NCBI GenBank assembly: GCA_017508285.1
Contig: JAFVZG010000067.1
Location: 1 to 61,776, forward strand
DNA from: Lentisphaeria bacterium
GTDB lineage: Bacteria > Verrucomicrobiota > Lentisphaeria > Victivallales > Victivallaceae
DNA: 61,776 nt
Direction: 5' to 3'
Below are positions 44,412-54,606 of this stretch, in pieces (positions within the stretch are counted from its first letter, which is position 1; every line of letters starts with the position of its first letter). The notes under the pieces are model-generated. The model worked only from the letters and a program-made list of their open reading frames with translations, was not told the origin of the DNA and ran no database searches. Both the position numbers and the translations under genes were made by a program.

Positions 44412-45353
44412 TCAGATTTCATCGGGGAAAATTACCAGTAATCCGGAGTGCATCTTTCCGCCGTTGAGCAGATGCTGCCGGACTGCTTTTTCAAGTGAGG
44501 TATTTGCCGGCAGTTTATCCGGCGGCAAATTTTTTGCGGCATCGCCCCAGATCCTCCACATGGTTCCTTCTGTGGTGTCGCGCTCCGGGAGGCTTATAAG
44601 GTGGCCGAGTTTCTGGAATTGCCGGATATTGGATGATTCCGGCAGAAGTTCCTGATATTGCGGGTCGAGCATCCATGAGGTGCAAACCAGAGCCTTGAAT
44701 CCGTAATCCGGGGCGAATTTATTGAAAAACTCCTTCATCCTCCGGAATGATGCTTGGCAATCATCTGTTTTAAGCGGTCCGGATGCCGGGATATGCATAT
44801 TTATCGCCCGGTCGCCTCTGGTAAGATCGGGGGAGGGGGGATTGCCGGGGGTGAATGCCGGAAGTATTTTCAATTCACTGCCGTTCCGGTAGATCGACAG
44901 ATTTTCAGTAAAAAAATGGATATTATTGCTTTGCAGTCTGCCGTGGGGGATGACCCATCCGGTAAGGCATGCCATTGCCCAATTCATGTTTCTGGGAGCC
45001 AGACCATAGGTGTTGATGTCGCGCCGCATGGTATCCAGCCAGACCGGTAAATCGGCGGAGATCTCTTTCAGCATATATTCCGGATAACCTTTTTCCCGGT
45101 ACAGTTCTTCCAGTGCAGGACGGTTGGCAACGGTACAAAGCAGCAGAAATTGATAAAGTTCACTGCCGGAAAAGATTTTTCCCACTTCATCAGAGGGGAA
45201 GTTTTCCTGAGGTACCAGAGACGCATATTTGGCAAAGATCTCCGGATCGGTTTTGTTAAAGAGTTTTTCCAACTCTCCGAATTTTACCATATCAAGACCG
45301 AATTTTCCGGCACAGGCGTACAATTCCTGCCAACTTGATGCAATTTTTGCCAT
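44412..45353 (-). CDS. Conserved hypothetical protein (possible GNAT-like acyltransferase-type C-terminal domain; uncertain)
   Basis: ATG at 45353 preceded by GGAGA 7 nt upstream. A 21-nt gap separates it from the GH78-like gene. No confident family. Confidence 0.5.
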   Translation of the reverse strand: MAKIASSWQELYACAGKFGLDMVKFGELEKLFNKTDPEIFAKYASLVPQENFPSDEVGKIFSGSELYQFLLLCTVANRPALEELYREKGYPEYMLKEISADLPVWLDTMRRDINTYGLAPRNMNWAMACLTGWVIPHGRLQSNNIHFFTENLSIYRNGSELKILPAFTPGNPPSPDLTRGDRAINMHIPASGPLKTDDCQASFRRMKEFFNKFAPDYGFKALVCTSWMLDPQYQELLPESSNIRQFQKLGHLISLPERDTTEGTMWRIWGDAAKNLPPDKLPANTSLEKAVRQHLLNGGKMHSGLLVIFPDEI

Positions 45354-45394
45354 AGCAAATCTCCATTTGAGTGATATATATGCTGACAAAATAT

Positions 45395-45429
45395 AACCGT
45401 TCCGCCTGAGAAATTCAAGCGGAACGGTT
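45395..45429. terminator. Hairpin terminator downstream of the Gfo/Idh/MocA gene (T-runs on both strands)
   Basis: aaccgttccgc - 13-nt loop - gcggaacggtt (11-bp perfect stem). The minus strand is followed by atattttgt, the plus strand by ggttttta. Confidence 0.7.
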
Positions 45430-45462
45430 GGTTTTTAAGCAATTATCTGAGTGCAGTGCAGC

Positions 45463-46599
45463 TCAGCGGTCGAGTTTTTTCCAGACCGGTTCCAAATCGA
45501 CGATGGAAGAAGTTTCCGCCGCCTGATCCAGAGCCAGTGCAAAAACCGCACTTTCCAGACCTTCGCTGCCGCTGCATTTGGGCAGTACGCCGGTGGACAT
45601 GGTTTCGTACAATTCTTTCATGATGTAGTCGTCACCGCCGCCATGACCGTCGCCGGTGAAGTTGATGCTGTACTCATAGTCATCGCCTAAAGTGGCATAT
45701 TTGAGGATTCTGGAGTAGAGTTCCAGACTCAAAGTACCTTCAGTACAATGGAAGACCATCCGGCGTTCCGGAATGCGGTTGCTCATGGTTGCACAGAAAG
45801 AAACCAGAATATTGTTGCGGTACTGAGCGATGCAGATCTGGTTGTCTTTCATATCGTTTTCGCCGGAAAACGGAGTGGATTGACGCTGGGGATCAGGCCA
45901 GGTGAGGAATTTTTCTTCTCCGTATTTTTCGCCGATGCAGGCGTTTTCCTTAACGAAGAACTCCTGTTTGCCGAAAGAGGCAACTTTGGAGGGCAATGAG
46001 CCGCAGTACCAGTTGATCAGGTCGAGGTCGTGGCAGCATTTTTCCAGAATATGGGGACCGGAAACATCACTGTAACGCCGCCAGTTGCAGACGATATATC
46101 CACCGTGGGCAGGAGTGATGTTTTCATTAGCTTCGATGGTCATGATTTTGCCGAGTTTACCGCTGTCAAGCAGTTCTTTGGCTTTGCGGTAAATGGGGGC
46201 GTAGCGCAGAACGAAACCGGTGGCAAAGAGTTTGCCGCTTTTCTGGTGGGCATCGTAGATCTCTTTGCAGTCATCGATGGTGGTGGCAAGCGGTTTTTCG
46301 CTGAATACATGTTTGCCGGCGGCAAAGGCATCCAATACATACTGTTTGTGATAGACATTGGGAGAGAAGACCATCACCCATTCCACACCCGGAGTATTGA
46401 TCGCTTCCAGACCGGAAGTGCACTCTTTGGCGTCAGGAATTTCCAGTTCATTTTTGTATCTGGTCATGGCATCCTGACAGGGATCGTAAATGGCGACGAT
46501 CTGCACATTGCGTTGGGAGTCACGGAGCAGACGGCGGACGACACCGCGGGATCTGCCTCCGCAGGCGATTACTGCGACATTGATTTTTTTGTTTTCCAT
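45463..46599 (-). CDS. Gfo/Idh/MocA-family NAD(P)-dependent oxidoreductase
   Basis: INVAVIACGGRSRGV Rossmann N-terminus and typical C-terminal alpha/beta domain. Confidence 0.85.
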   Translation of the reverse strand: MENKKINVAVIACGGRSRGVVRRLLRDSQRNVQIVAIYDPCQDAMTRYKNELEIPDAKECTSGLEAINTPGVEWVMVFSPNVYHKQYVLDAFAAGKHVFSEKPLATTIDDCKEIYDAHQKSGKLFATGFVLRYAPIYRKAKELLDSGKLGKIMTIEANENITPAHGGYIVCNWRRYSDVSGPHILEKCCHDLDLINWYCGSLPSKVASFGKQEFFVKENACIGEKYGEEKFLTWPDPQRQSTPFSGENDMKDNQICIAQYRNNILVSFCATMSNRIPERRMVFHCTEGTLSLELYSRILKYATLGDDYEYSINFTGDGHGGGDDYIMKELYETMSTGVLPKCSGSEGLESAVFALALDQAAETSSIVDLEPVWKKLDR

Positions 46600-46663
46600 A
46601 ATGAACCTCCTTGAAAAAAGTTTCCGTTACATTTATATTATACACCACAAAAATGAAAAGCGG

Positions 46664-47545
46664 ATGGATAAAAACTGTATTATGGATGACAAAAAAATTG
46701 AGATCAATCAAACTTCCCGTCTGCACCGTTTGATCGCCGGAATGCCGGAAGCAGCAAGGGAGTACGGATTGTGGATCATCAATGGCAGTATTGAGGTGAT
46801 AAGCCGGAGAAAAATCAATGTCGATTCTGATGCGGAAAGGCGTTTTGAATTTTATTCACTGAGCCACATGTTCAAGGGCAGAGGCAAGTTGCGTATCGGG
46901 GCTCAGGTCTGGGATATGGAGCCGGGGGATGCGGTGTTGATCTGTCCGGGGGATTGGCATCTTTACGGCGGGGTCGGTGAAGAAGGATATTTTGAAGATG
47001 CCATCCGTTTTTGCGGCAGGGTGCCGGATTTTATGCGGAAAAGCGGCATCCTGCATTCCGGGAAACTGCATCTTGGCAAAGTGCGCAAACTTATTCCACT
47101 GGTGGAGCAGTTGCGCTCACCATCGCCTCATGCATGGTTGAAGTCGGCTCTGGAACTGCAGCAATTACTTTTGGAAGTTGCCTCCGGTATTCCCCCGTCA
47201 CCGATGGAAAGTTTGTTGAAAACCATTCATCTTTCTCCTGCGAACCGCTGGTGGAGCGTCACTGAACTTGCGGAATTGCGGGGTATTTCTGTTGACCGTT
47301 TGCGGCGGGAGTTTCTGAAACACACCGGGATGCTGCCGAAAAACTATCTTGAACACTTCAAATTGCGGCAGGCCGCAGAGTATCTTATTTCCCAATCGGC
47401 ATCAGTTACTGATACGGCAGCTCACTTCGGATATATGGATCGTTATCACTTCAGCCGCCGCTTCAAACACCTTTACGGTATTTCACCGGAACAGTACCGG
47501 AAACTTTTTGCCGGTACTCTCAGTGATGATATGAGCCGCCATTGA
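46664..47545 (+). CDS. AraC-family transcriptional regulator
   Basis: Cupin-like N-terminus and C-terminal HTH (...AAEYLISQSASVTDTAAHFGYMDRYHFSRRFKHLYGISP). The ATG at 46664 is chosen because the track ORF start overlaps the divergent gene. Confidence 0.8.
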   Translation: MDKNCIMDDKKIEINQTSRLHRLIAGMPEAAREYGLWIINGSIEVISRRKINVDSDAERRFEFYSLSHMFKGRGKLRIGAQVWDMEPGDAVLICPGDWHLYGGVGEEGYFEDAIRFCGRVPDFMRKSGILHSGKLHLGKVRKLIPLVEQLRSPSPHAWLKSALELQQLLLEVASGIPPSPMESLLKTIHLSPANRWWSVTELAELRGISVDRLRREFLKHTGMLPKNYLEHFKLRQAAEYLISQSASVTDTAAHFGYMDRYHFSRRFKHLYGISPEQYRKLFAGTLSDDMSRH

Positions 47546-47951
47546 GCAGATTCAATGCCCGGTAGATCTGCTCAAGAAAGATCATTCTTGCCATTTCATG
47601 GGTGAAGGTCATCTTTGACAGGGCCATCATCATATCGGCATGGCTTTTCACTTCCGGGGCAATTCCGAATGGACCGCCGATAATAAAGAGTATTTTCCGG
47701 TCGATCCTGCCGATCATTGCGGAGAACTCTGCGGTAGAAAATTCTTGCCCCTCTTCAGTAAGGGCAATCACAAAGGAGTTGCGTTCTTTGTCGATCTCTT
47801 TGAGCATGGCTTTGCCTTCACTGCCAACATTGGAATCCGGCAGAATTACGGTTTCGCATTTGCCGTAAGCACTCAATCTGGTCAAAAATTCCTGACAGCG
47901 GCTGTCAAAAAAACGGTCACGCACCTTGCCGACGGCGACCAGTTTTATCAT
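47520..47951 (-). CDS. rlmH: 23S rRNA (pseudouridine1915-N3)-methyltransferase
   Basis: MIKLVAVGKVRD N-terminus and IGGPFGIAPEV SPOUT motif. Confidence 0.85.
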   Translation of the reverse strand: MIKLVAVGKVRDRFFDSRCQEFLTRLSAYGKCETVILPDSNVGSEGKAMLKEIDKERNSFVIALTEEGQEFSTAEFSAMIGRIDRKILFIIGGPFGIAPEVKSHADMMMALSKMTFTHEMARMIFLEQIYRALNLLNGGSYHH

Positions 47952-47974
47952 TTTTTCATATTTTGCCATTTTGT

Positions 47975-49357
47975 TCAGGATATCCGTGGCGAAGAGGGGG
48001 CAACCTGAGCATTGTCAGATTTTTTGACATCTCTGGTCAGCCATTTAGAGTTGCGCATGGTCAGCCAGCTGTAAGCGCAGATCCATGAGAGTGCAACCAG
48101 ATTGAATATCCCGACAAAGAAAGCAAGTGTCGCTTTCGCCGGAGACTCTTTGCCTGCATAGAGCAGGGCGGGAACCATCGCCCAGAGCCAGCAGATCGAA
48201 AGCGTATACGCTCCGATCATCGGCAGACAATGAGGTGATTCAATGATGAAGTAGCCCAATGACGGTATGGATAGCAATGGCAGAATAAGACCGGCTAACT
48301 GAAAGAGCAGATTCATCTGGATCGCTGCAGTGCGGAAATCACGGGGAAATTTGCTGAAAAAGTGACGGCACATAAGCAAGCCTTCTCTGACATCCCCCCG
48401 GGTCCAGCGGATCAAAGTCCGGCAAAGTTGGGGATAATCGGTCGGCACATTGGTGGTGATGCAGGCATTTTTCTGCAAGACCACATGGTGACCGTTACGC
48501 AGCAGCAAACTGGTCAGGGCACGGTCTTCCCCGATGTGAGAGGGGATCCCGAAAAAAGTCTGATTGAGCCAGAAGTCGAGGTGAGGCAGCAGAGCCGATT
48601 TGCGGAATGCACTGATCGCTCCGGGAGAACAGAGTACCGATCCGACCGTGCTTTGACCGCAGCGCATGAAGTCACAGCTGAAAACGAAAAATATATCCAG
48701 CATCCGGGGGATAAAGCCCTGATCCATATTTGCCACCCGCACGATCCCGGCGGCACCGCCGACCTTTTTATCGGCAAACGGCAGAACCAGATTTGCGATG
48801 GTATCTTTTTCAACAATGGAGTCACTGTCAATGGTGATGACCAGCTCATGTTTTGCTTCGTGAAATCCCCGGTAGAGCGCGGCTTTTTTGCCGCCGTTTT
48901 TTTCAAGATTGATGCCGCGGATCATGCCCCGCGATTCATTGACCGCAAGTTTGATCCAGCTCCAGGTATCATCTTTTGAACCGTCATTGATGGCGATTAT
49001 TTCCAATCGGTCTGCCGGGTAATCGCTGGTAAGCAGACTGCGGAGCGTGTCGGCAACGGCACTTCCTTCATTGTAAGCCGGTACGATCACGGTGCATCCG
49101 GGCAGCGGTTTGTCGGAGTTCCACCTGGTGACCGGTTTGTAAAAACAGACCATCAATGCCTGAAAAAGCATAAAAAGCGCAGTTCCACCGGTAGCGACAA
49201 GGCCGAAAAAGAAGACAAAACCGAAGCCGTAACGATCAATGGTTTCAAAAATTCTTGACAGCGATATCCGGTAACACACCATCCATGATATTCCGCCGAA
49301 TACCATCAGAAAAAGCATTATGCCGGGCAGTTTTTTCCAATCAGAGACTTTCATCAC
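47975..49357 (-). CDS. Membrane-embedded family-2 glycosyltransferase (processive polysaccharide-synthase-like)
   Basis: N-terminal TMs, GT2 core (VIVPAYNEG, INDGSKDDT, ITIDSDS), a LIRWTRG (QxxRW-like) motif and C-terminal TMs. Confidence 0.8.
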   Translation of the reverse strand: MMKVSDWKKLPGIMLFLMVFGGISWMVCYRISLSRIFETIDRYGFGFVFFFGLVATGGTALFMLFQALMVCFYKPVTRWNSDKPLPGCTVIVPAYNEGSAVADTLRSLLTSDYPADRLEIIAINDGSKDDTWSWIKLAVNESRGMIRGINLEKNGGKKAALYRGFHEAKHELVITIDSDSIVEKDTIANLVLPFADKKVGGAAGIVRVANMDQGFIPRMLDIFFVFSCDFMRCGQSTVGSVLCSPGAISAFRKSALLPHLDFWLNQTFFGIPSHIGEDRALTSLLLRNGHHVVLQKNACITTNVPTDYPQLCRTLIRWTRGDVREGLLMCRHFFSKFPRDFRTAAIQMNLLFQLAGLILPLLSIPSLGYFIIESPHCLPMIGAYTLSICWLWAMVPALLYAGKESPAKATLAFFVGIFNLVALSWICAYSWLTMRNSKWLTRDVKKSDNAQVAPSSPRIS

Positions 49358-49398
49358 TCAAGCAATCCTGAAAAATTATAAAATATGTACAGATATAT

Positions 49399-49427
49399 AA
49401 TATAGCACTGCCGGAGTGTTTTTTCAA
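49399..49427 (-). promoter_or_regulatory. Sigma70-like promoter upstream of the GT2 gene (TTGAAA - 17 - TATATT)
   Basis: Minus-strand hexamers at 49422-49427 and 49399-49404. Confidence 0.4.
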
Positions 49428-49440
49428 GCGGCAACCGGAT

Positions 49441-50472
49441 TCAACTTAAGGTGTTGCGGAGAAAATCAAGCAGCTTTTCTGCGGCAGCGGCAGGAAGATA
49501 ATTTCCGGCATCGGCGAGAGCAGCCTGACTCATCTTTCTGTAAATATCCGGTCGGGAAATTTTACTTACAGCTTCGCTCCATTCCTCATCGCTGTTTACC
49601 AGAAAGCCGTTTTCATTGTGCCGGATGACCCGGCAGTTTTCGCCCACCGGAGAGGCGATGCCGGGGATTCCGGCGCGCAGATAACAGATCAGTTTATAGG
49701 CGGATTTTCCTCTGGCGAAGGGGGTATCCGGCAGGGGCATGATCCCGGCATGTGCGCGGGAGAGTGCATCGGCTTCAGATGCTTCCGACCACGGGATGAT
49801 CTCGCACTCGACTCCGGGGATTTCCATTCCCGGAGTTCCGCCGACGATAAGAAGCCGGAATGCGGTTTTTTCTGCCGCCATCTGCAGAGCATTTTTTCTG
49901 GCATGAAGAAATTGTGCGGTCACCGGAGTCCCGGTCCATACGAGAGTAAGGAGGTTCTCTTTATTTCTGCCGGGATGGATATGCTCCGGAGGGATCGTGG
50001 CAAGTTTCAAAATATTGCTGTTGTACGGCGAAAATTTTTCAGTGAGCAGATCGTTGGCAGTAATTATCCCCGCCGCCCGGGAAAGAAGCTGCGGATATTT
50101 GTTTTTCAGAACCGGCAGCCGGGAATAACGCAAATCTACCGCATCATCGAAGTTGAGGATATAAGGGTGTTTTGCCAGAAAATTTTTTTCAAAAATAAAC
50201 GGCAGATACGGGAGCAATTCATATTCGATCACCACCGGAATGGTTGACGGCAGATCACGCATCGCTTTGAAGCGGTGATAATATGCTTTCAATACGCCCG
50301 ATTTTGAACGCTTTTTGCCCTGATACAATGCTTGGAGATAATCATCGTCAAAAAAACTCGATAATCTCACCTTTACTCCGGCTGCTTCCAGAAAGGGGAT
50401 GAACTGCATAAAACGCAGCCGGCTTGAGGCGCCGAGTTTATCGTAGCGGGTGAAAAATGCGATCTCTTTCAT
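49441..50472 (-). CDS. Glycosyltransferase (GT-B fold, family 4-like)
   Basis: 343 aa with a C-terminal GT1/GT4-like EASEADALSRAHAGIMPL...KLICYLRAGIPGIASPVGEN pattern. Confidence 0.7.
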   Translation of the reverse strand: MKEIAFFTRYDKLGASSRLRFMQFIPFLEAAGVKVRLSSFFDDDYLQALYQGKKRSKSGVLKAYYHRFKAMRDLPSTIPVVIEYELLPYLPFIFEKNFLAKHPYILNFDDAVDLRYSRLPVLKNKYPQLLSRAAGIITANDLLTEKFSPYNSNILKLATIPPEHIHPGRNKENLLTLVWTGTPVTAQFLHARKNALQMAAEKTAFRLLIVGGTPGMEIPGVECEIIPWSEASEADALSRAHAGIMPLPDTPFARGKSAYKLICYLRAGIPGIASPVGENCRVIRHNENGFLVNSDEEWSEAVSKISRPDIYRKMSQAALADAGNYLPAAAAEKLLDFLRNTLS

Positions 50473-51659
50473 ACCGTTTTCACTCCGGTCGAGCCGTCGG
50501 CAAAGCGGATCAGCAAACTGGTATCCGGCGGAAGTTTGCTGGAGGTAACTATCTTTTTACCGCTGCCATCGAAGACGATGGCATAACCTCTTTCCAACTG
50601 CCGTTGCGGACTGAGGGCGTGGAGTGTGGCGGTGAGATTTGTCAATTTTCTCGCAGAATCGGCATGACGAAGTTTCAATGCGGAACTCATGCGCAGATCC
50701 AATTCATCCAGGTGCTGAATTTCCCTTTCCAGCACTTTTTGCGGTTCAAATCTTGCCGTTCTGGCAGAGAGCTGCTCGATCTTTGCTCTTGCTCCGGCAC
50801 ATTTTGCAAGCAGTAAATTCTGCATATCTTTGATGGTGCGGTTCAATTTTTCATGGATTTCATCGTGTCTGCCGATGACCAATTCGGCGGCGGCAGACGG
50901 TGTCGGCACTCGCAAGTCGGCGACGAAATCGCAGATGGTAAAGTCGATTTCATGTCCGACAGCGCTGATGACCGGGATCTCGCTTGCGGCGATTGCCCGG
51001 GCGAGTATTTCCTCATTGAAACACCAGAGGTCTTCCATACTGCCTCCGCCGCGGGTGACCACGATCACATCCGCCTGACGGGTACGGTTGAAAAATTCCA
51101 CTCCTTTTGCCACTTCGGCGGCGGCGGTCGCTCCCTGCACCTGCGCCGGGAAAATTTTTACTTCCACATTGGGGAATCTGCGGTTGAGGATCTGCAGGAA
51201 GTCTCTTATTGCCGCTCCGCTTGGGCTGCTGACCACTCCGATCCTGCGCGGGAGCATCGGGATCGCTTTTTTGCGGGCAGGATCAAAGAGTCCTTCGGCG
51301 GCAAGTTTTTCTTTCAGTTTTTCAAACCGCTGCCGGAGTGAACCGATACCGGCAAGACGGAGTTTTTTGACATTGAATTGATACTCGCCGCGCACATCAT
51401 ATACGGAAAGATTGCCGTGAACTTCCACCAGAGAACCGTTGTTTATTCCGAGGGCACGGCATTGAGCTGCCCCGCTGAACCAGCAGACCCGGATCTGACT
51501 TTTTTCATCTTTCATTTGAAAATAGACATGCCCGGAACGGTGGATCATCAGGGAGCCGACTTCCCCCCCCATCCAAAATGGCATAAATGCCCCTTCAAGG
51601 GTATCTTTTACCGCTTTGTTTACCGCACTTACGCTCCAGATGGGTTCCTGATTATTCAT
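50469..51659 (-). CDS. xseA: Exodeoxyribonuclease VII large subunit
   Basis: OB-fold N-terminus (WSVSAVNKAVKDTLEGAF..WMGGEVGS), GGGSMEDLWCFNEE and VISAVGHEIDFT motifs. Confidence 0.9.
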   Translation of the reverse strand: MNNQEPIWSVSAVNKAVKDTLEGAFMPFWMGGEVGSLMIHRSGHVYFQMKDEKSQIRVCWFSGAAQCRALGINNGSLVEVHGNLSVYDVRGEYQFNVKKLRLAGIGSLRQRFEKLKEKLAAEGLFDPARKKAIPMLPRRIGVVSSPSGAAIRDFLQILNRRFPNVEVKIFPAQVQGATAAAEVAKGVEFFNRTRQADVIVVTRGGGSMEDLWCFNEEILARAIAASEIPVISAVGHEIDFTICDFVADLRVPTPSAAAELVIGRHDEIHEKLNRTIKDMQNLLLAKCAGARAKIEQLSARTARFEPQKVLEREIQHLDELDLRMSSALKLRHADSARKLTNLTATLHALSPQRQLERGYAIVFDGSGKKIVTSSKLPPDTSLLIRFADGSTGVKTV

Positions 51660-51664
51660 TGCTG

Positions 51665-52306
51665 TCACCCGGTGACCGCCGGACGGATGTAGCACATCCG
51701 GTCGGCATTGTTGTCAAAAGGGGAGTTGTCAACCGCAAACGCGGTCAGATCCGGCTCCACGATTTGCAGAAAGTGGCGGTCAGAAAGAAGTTTATCCAGA
51801 GCCGCTTTGTCAGCTTCAAATGCCGCCAGCCGCATCGGATTGGCAGAAAAGTAGTTGCCGGCATCAGCAGCATTGAGGATCAACTCTTCGCCGGTCGGCT
51901 GGAGAATGCCGTTTTTCTTTTCCACCACGAAGCAGAGCAGTTCTTTGTTTCTGCCGTCATAGAGGATGCCGGTTTTTTCGTTTTCTTCCGGTTTCAATGC
52001 GGCAGCCATTGCCAATGCTCCGGGGATACAGCGGAAACGGATATTCGGGTTTCCTGCCGCCCAGCCGGCTCCCAGAGCCGTAACTACGCGCAAAAAGGTG
52101 AAACTTCCCGGGCCGCAACCGAAACTCCAGCGGGTGACATCGGCAAGAGATACCTTGCATAAAGCCAGTTGTTCAAGAGTGAATTCCGGAACCTGCGATG
52201 CATCCCGCGGATGCATTTCAGCAGCCGCCTGATGCAGCAGCCGGTCATCATCAAACAATGCAAAAGCCAAACGCCCCGGTTGGGGATCAAGAACTCCATG
52301 CAGCAT
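51665..52306 (-). CDS. tsaB: tRNA threonylcarbamoyladenosine biosynthesis protein TsaB-like
   Basis: GPGSFTFLRVVTALGAGWA motif. Start at MLHGVLD, inside the longer track ORF. Confidence 0.7.
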   Translation of the reverse strand: MLHGVLDPQPGRLAFALFDDDRLLHQAAAEMHPRDASQVPEFTLEQLALCKVSLADVTRWSFGCGPGSFTFLRVVTALGAGWAAGNPNIRFRCIPGALAMAAALKPEENEKTGILYDGRNKELLCFVVEKKNGILQPTGEELILNAADAGNYFSANPMRLAAFEADKAALDKLLSDRHFLQIVEPDLTAFAVDNSPFDNNADRMCYIRPAVTG

Positions 52307-52334
52307 ATTATTATTTTCCTTTGTGAGATCGGGA

Positions 52335-53543
52335 TTATTTTTGCAGGATCCGGGTGACCAGCTCTTCATCGGTAAGAGCTTTGCGGAAATCGGCAACTTC
52401 ACCGTTCCGGATGACCGCTTCTGCGGGCATCGGGCGCAGATTGTAGACCGACCCCATTGAATAGCAATACGCTCCGGCATTTTTTATTGCCAGAAGATCA
52501 TATTCTCTTATTTCGGGCAGTTCCCGTTGTTCGGCGAAACGGTCGCCGGTTTCACAGATATTGCCGCAGACATCGTAAAGAGCCGGTTTGCCATCCGGAT
52601 TGGTGAGATTGATGATCTTGTGGTAAGCACCGTAAAGCACCGGGCGGATAAGCTGCGGGAATCCGGAGTTGCATCCGGCAATGGTTCGTGAGCGGTTGTG
52701 TTTGATGGTATTTACTTCCATGATCAAAGTACCGCATTCGGCACTGAGGAATTTGCCCGGTTCAAAGCGCATAAGCAGCTGTTTGCCGTAAACCGCACAG
52801 AAGTTGTCAAATTTTTCCGCAATTTTTTTGCCCATGCTGATATAATCAATGGGAGTTTCATCATCTTTATACGGCACTTTGAAGCCGCCGCCGAAGTCGA
52901 GAAATTCCAACTCCGGGAAACGCTCACCGGTGGCGATCGCCATCAGATTATCCATGCTTTTCAAAACGGATTCCGCATGCTGCAAGCCGCTGTCGGTATG
53001 TTCGTGCAGACCGATAATGTGCAGATTTCCCCCTGCGGCGATCTCTGCCGCCCGGTCAGCATCCTGAAGCAGTATGCCGAATTTGGTCAGGTCTCCACCG
53101 GTCATGGTCATTACATTGTCACCATCACAGACATCCGGGTTGAAGCGCAGGCAGATTTTTGCTCCCGGATGGGATTTCGCGCACTTCGACAATCGGGAAA
53201 GCGAACCGATATTGACAGTAACGCCGGTTTTCATCACCCTGTCGAATTCGGCATCGGTCATGTTGTTGGCAGTATAAATGATTTTTTCCGGATCGAATCC
53301 CAGCGCAAGAGCCAGAACCACCTCTCCGGGGCTGACCGCATCGATCCCGGCTCCGGCATCACGGAGCAGGCTGAGCAATGCCGGATTGTAGTTGGCTTTC
53401 AGCGCATAATGGATGCAGAGCCTCTCATGGGGAATGAAACGGAAAAGGTCATTGTAACGCTCAAGCATCAAATCTCCGTCATAAACGAATAACGGTGTGC
53501 CGTAGGTGCGTGCCAACTCAATATATTTTTCATTTGAAATCAT
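52335..53543 (-). CDS. lysA: Diaminopimelate decarboxylase
   Basis: YALKANYNPALL PLP-lysine region and the C-terminal CGNICETGD / GAYCYSMGS pattern. Confidence 0.88.
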   Translation of the reverse strand: MISNEKYIELARTYGTPLFVYDGDLMLERYNDLFRFIPHERLCIHYALKANYNPALLSLLRDAGAGIDAVSPGEVVLALALGFDPEKIIYTANNMTDAEFDRVMKTGVTVNIGSLSRLSKCAKSHPGAKICLRFNPDVCDGDNVMTMTGGDLTKFGILLQDADRAAEIAAGGNLHIIGLHEHTDSGLQHAESVLKSMDNLMAIATGERFPELEFLDFGGGFKVPYKDDETPIDYISMGKKIAEKFDNFCAVYGKQLLMRFEPGKFLSAECGTLIMEVNTIKHNRSRTIAGCNSGFPQLIRPVLYGAYHKIINLTNPDGKPALYDVCGNICETGDRFAEQRELPEIREYDLLAIKNAGAYCYSMGSVYNLRPMPAEAVIRNGEVADFRKALTDEELVTRILQK

Positions 53544-53560
53544 CTTTTCAACTCCTGATA

Positions 53561-53974
53561 TTATCTGCCCGGAATACTTTTATCCGGCATGATACCTCTT
53601 TCATGCTCAGGTATTTCATAGGTGGAAAATGAACACCCGGCGATAACTGTGGCAGTCAGGTCATCTTCATACCGGAATTCCAGCACCCGGCTCGTGGTCT
53701 GCCACGAGATTATCGCAGTTCCGAAACGGTCTCCACGGTAAGTTATCCTGATGCCCGGCTCGTTTTTCAACATAAATTGGTATTCACTGCGGGAGATGAT
53801 CCTCCGCTTCAAACTGTTTTTCAGCGAAATTCTGGAGATATTCACCAATCGCTGCACTTCACTTGCCGATAAGGGCTGATATTTTCTGCCATCCTCTCCG
53901 GTTACTTTGGTGGCACATCCGCCAAAGAGCATGATCCCTGCGAGCAACAGGATAAAAGTAATGGTTTTCATCAT
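53561..53974 (-). CDS. Small lipoprotein, function unknown
   Basis: MMKTITFILLLAGIMLFGGC lipobox. Confidence 0.65.
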   Translation of the reverse strand: MMKTITFILLLAGIMLFGGCATKVTGEDGRKYQPLSASEVQRLVNISRISLKNSLKRRIISRSEYQFMLKNEPGIRITYRGDRFGTAIISWQTTSRVLEFRYEDDLTATVIAGCSFSTYEIPEHERGIMPDKSIPGR

Positions 53975-53984
53975 GATTCTCCGG

Positions 53985-54602
53985 TTATTTTTTCAGTTGA
54001 TGATAAGCGATCAATTCGTTGAGCCAGTTGTTGAGTTTTTCCCAGTATTCTGCCGGACAGTGCGGCAGGGGGGAATTATCCACTCCGGATGCAACGAGAT
54101 TTTCCAGAAAGATATTCTGCTCCGGAGAGACCGCTTCCGGCAGCATCCCGTTTTCATAGAGAAATGCGCTTTTCAGCACCACCGAACACTGTATCAGCGA
54201 CCACGCTTCGTGGCCGGGGTCCATTCCGGCTAAATTGGCAAGCACCGATCTCAGTGCTTCATAAGAGTGCGGCTGGACATCTCCCGGCGGCATGTTGTCA
54301 AGAAGAAATGCTCCGATCCTGCCAGCCATGCGGTAATTGCGCTGATTGTCGGCAATGGCGGAAAAATCCAGTACCGGTTCTATTTTTTTGGCTGCAAACA
54401 ACTCCCTGCCGCTGCAGTCATCTTCAAACTCCACCTCAACTTCCCGGAATATATCCGCTTGAGGGGCACTTTTGCTGAATGACTGCCCGCCGTGCAGAAT
54501 AAACGACACCCTGCCGTAATCGGGACTTACTCCCCGCAGAAGCAGGGCATTTTCCCGGTAAGGGCGTTTATCCAGCACGATAAATGGCGTGGAGATTATC
54601 AC
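53985..54602 (-). CDS. recO: DNA repair protein RecO-like
   Basis: The N-terminal OB-fold pattern (FIVLDKRPYRENALLLRGVSPDYGRVSFILHG) and size are consistent. Assignment by eye. Confidence 0.55.
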   Translation of the reverse strand: MIISTPFIVLDKRPYRENALLLRGVSPDYGRVSFILHGGQSFSKSAPQADIFREVEVEFEDDCSGRELFAAKKIEPVLDFSAIADNQRNYRMAGRIGAFLLDNMPPGDVQPHSYEALRSVLANLAGMDPGHEAWSLIQCSVVLKSAFLYENGMLPEAVSPEQNIFLENLVASGVDNSPLPHCPAEYWEKLNNWLNELIAYHQLKK

Positions 54603-54606
54603 AGCA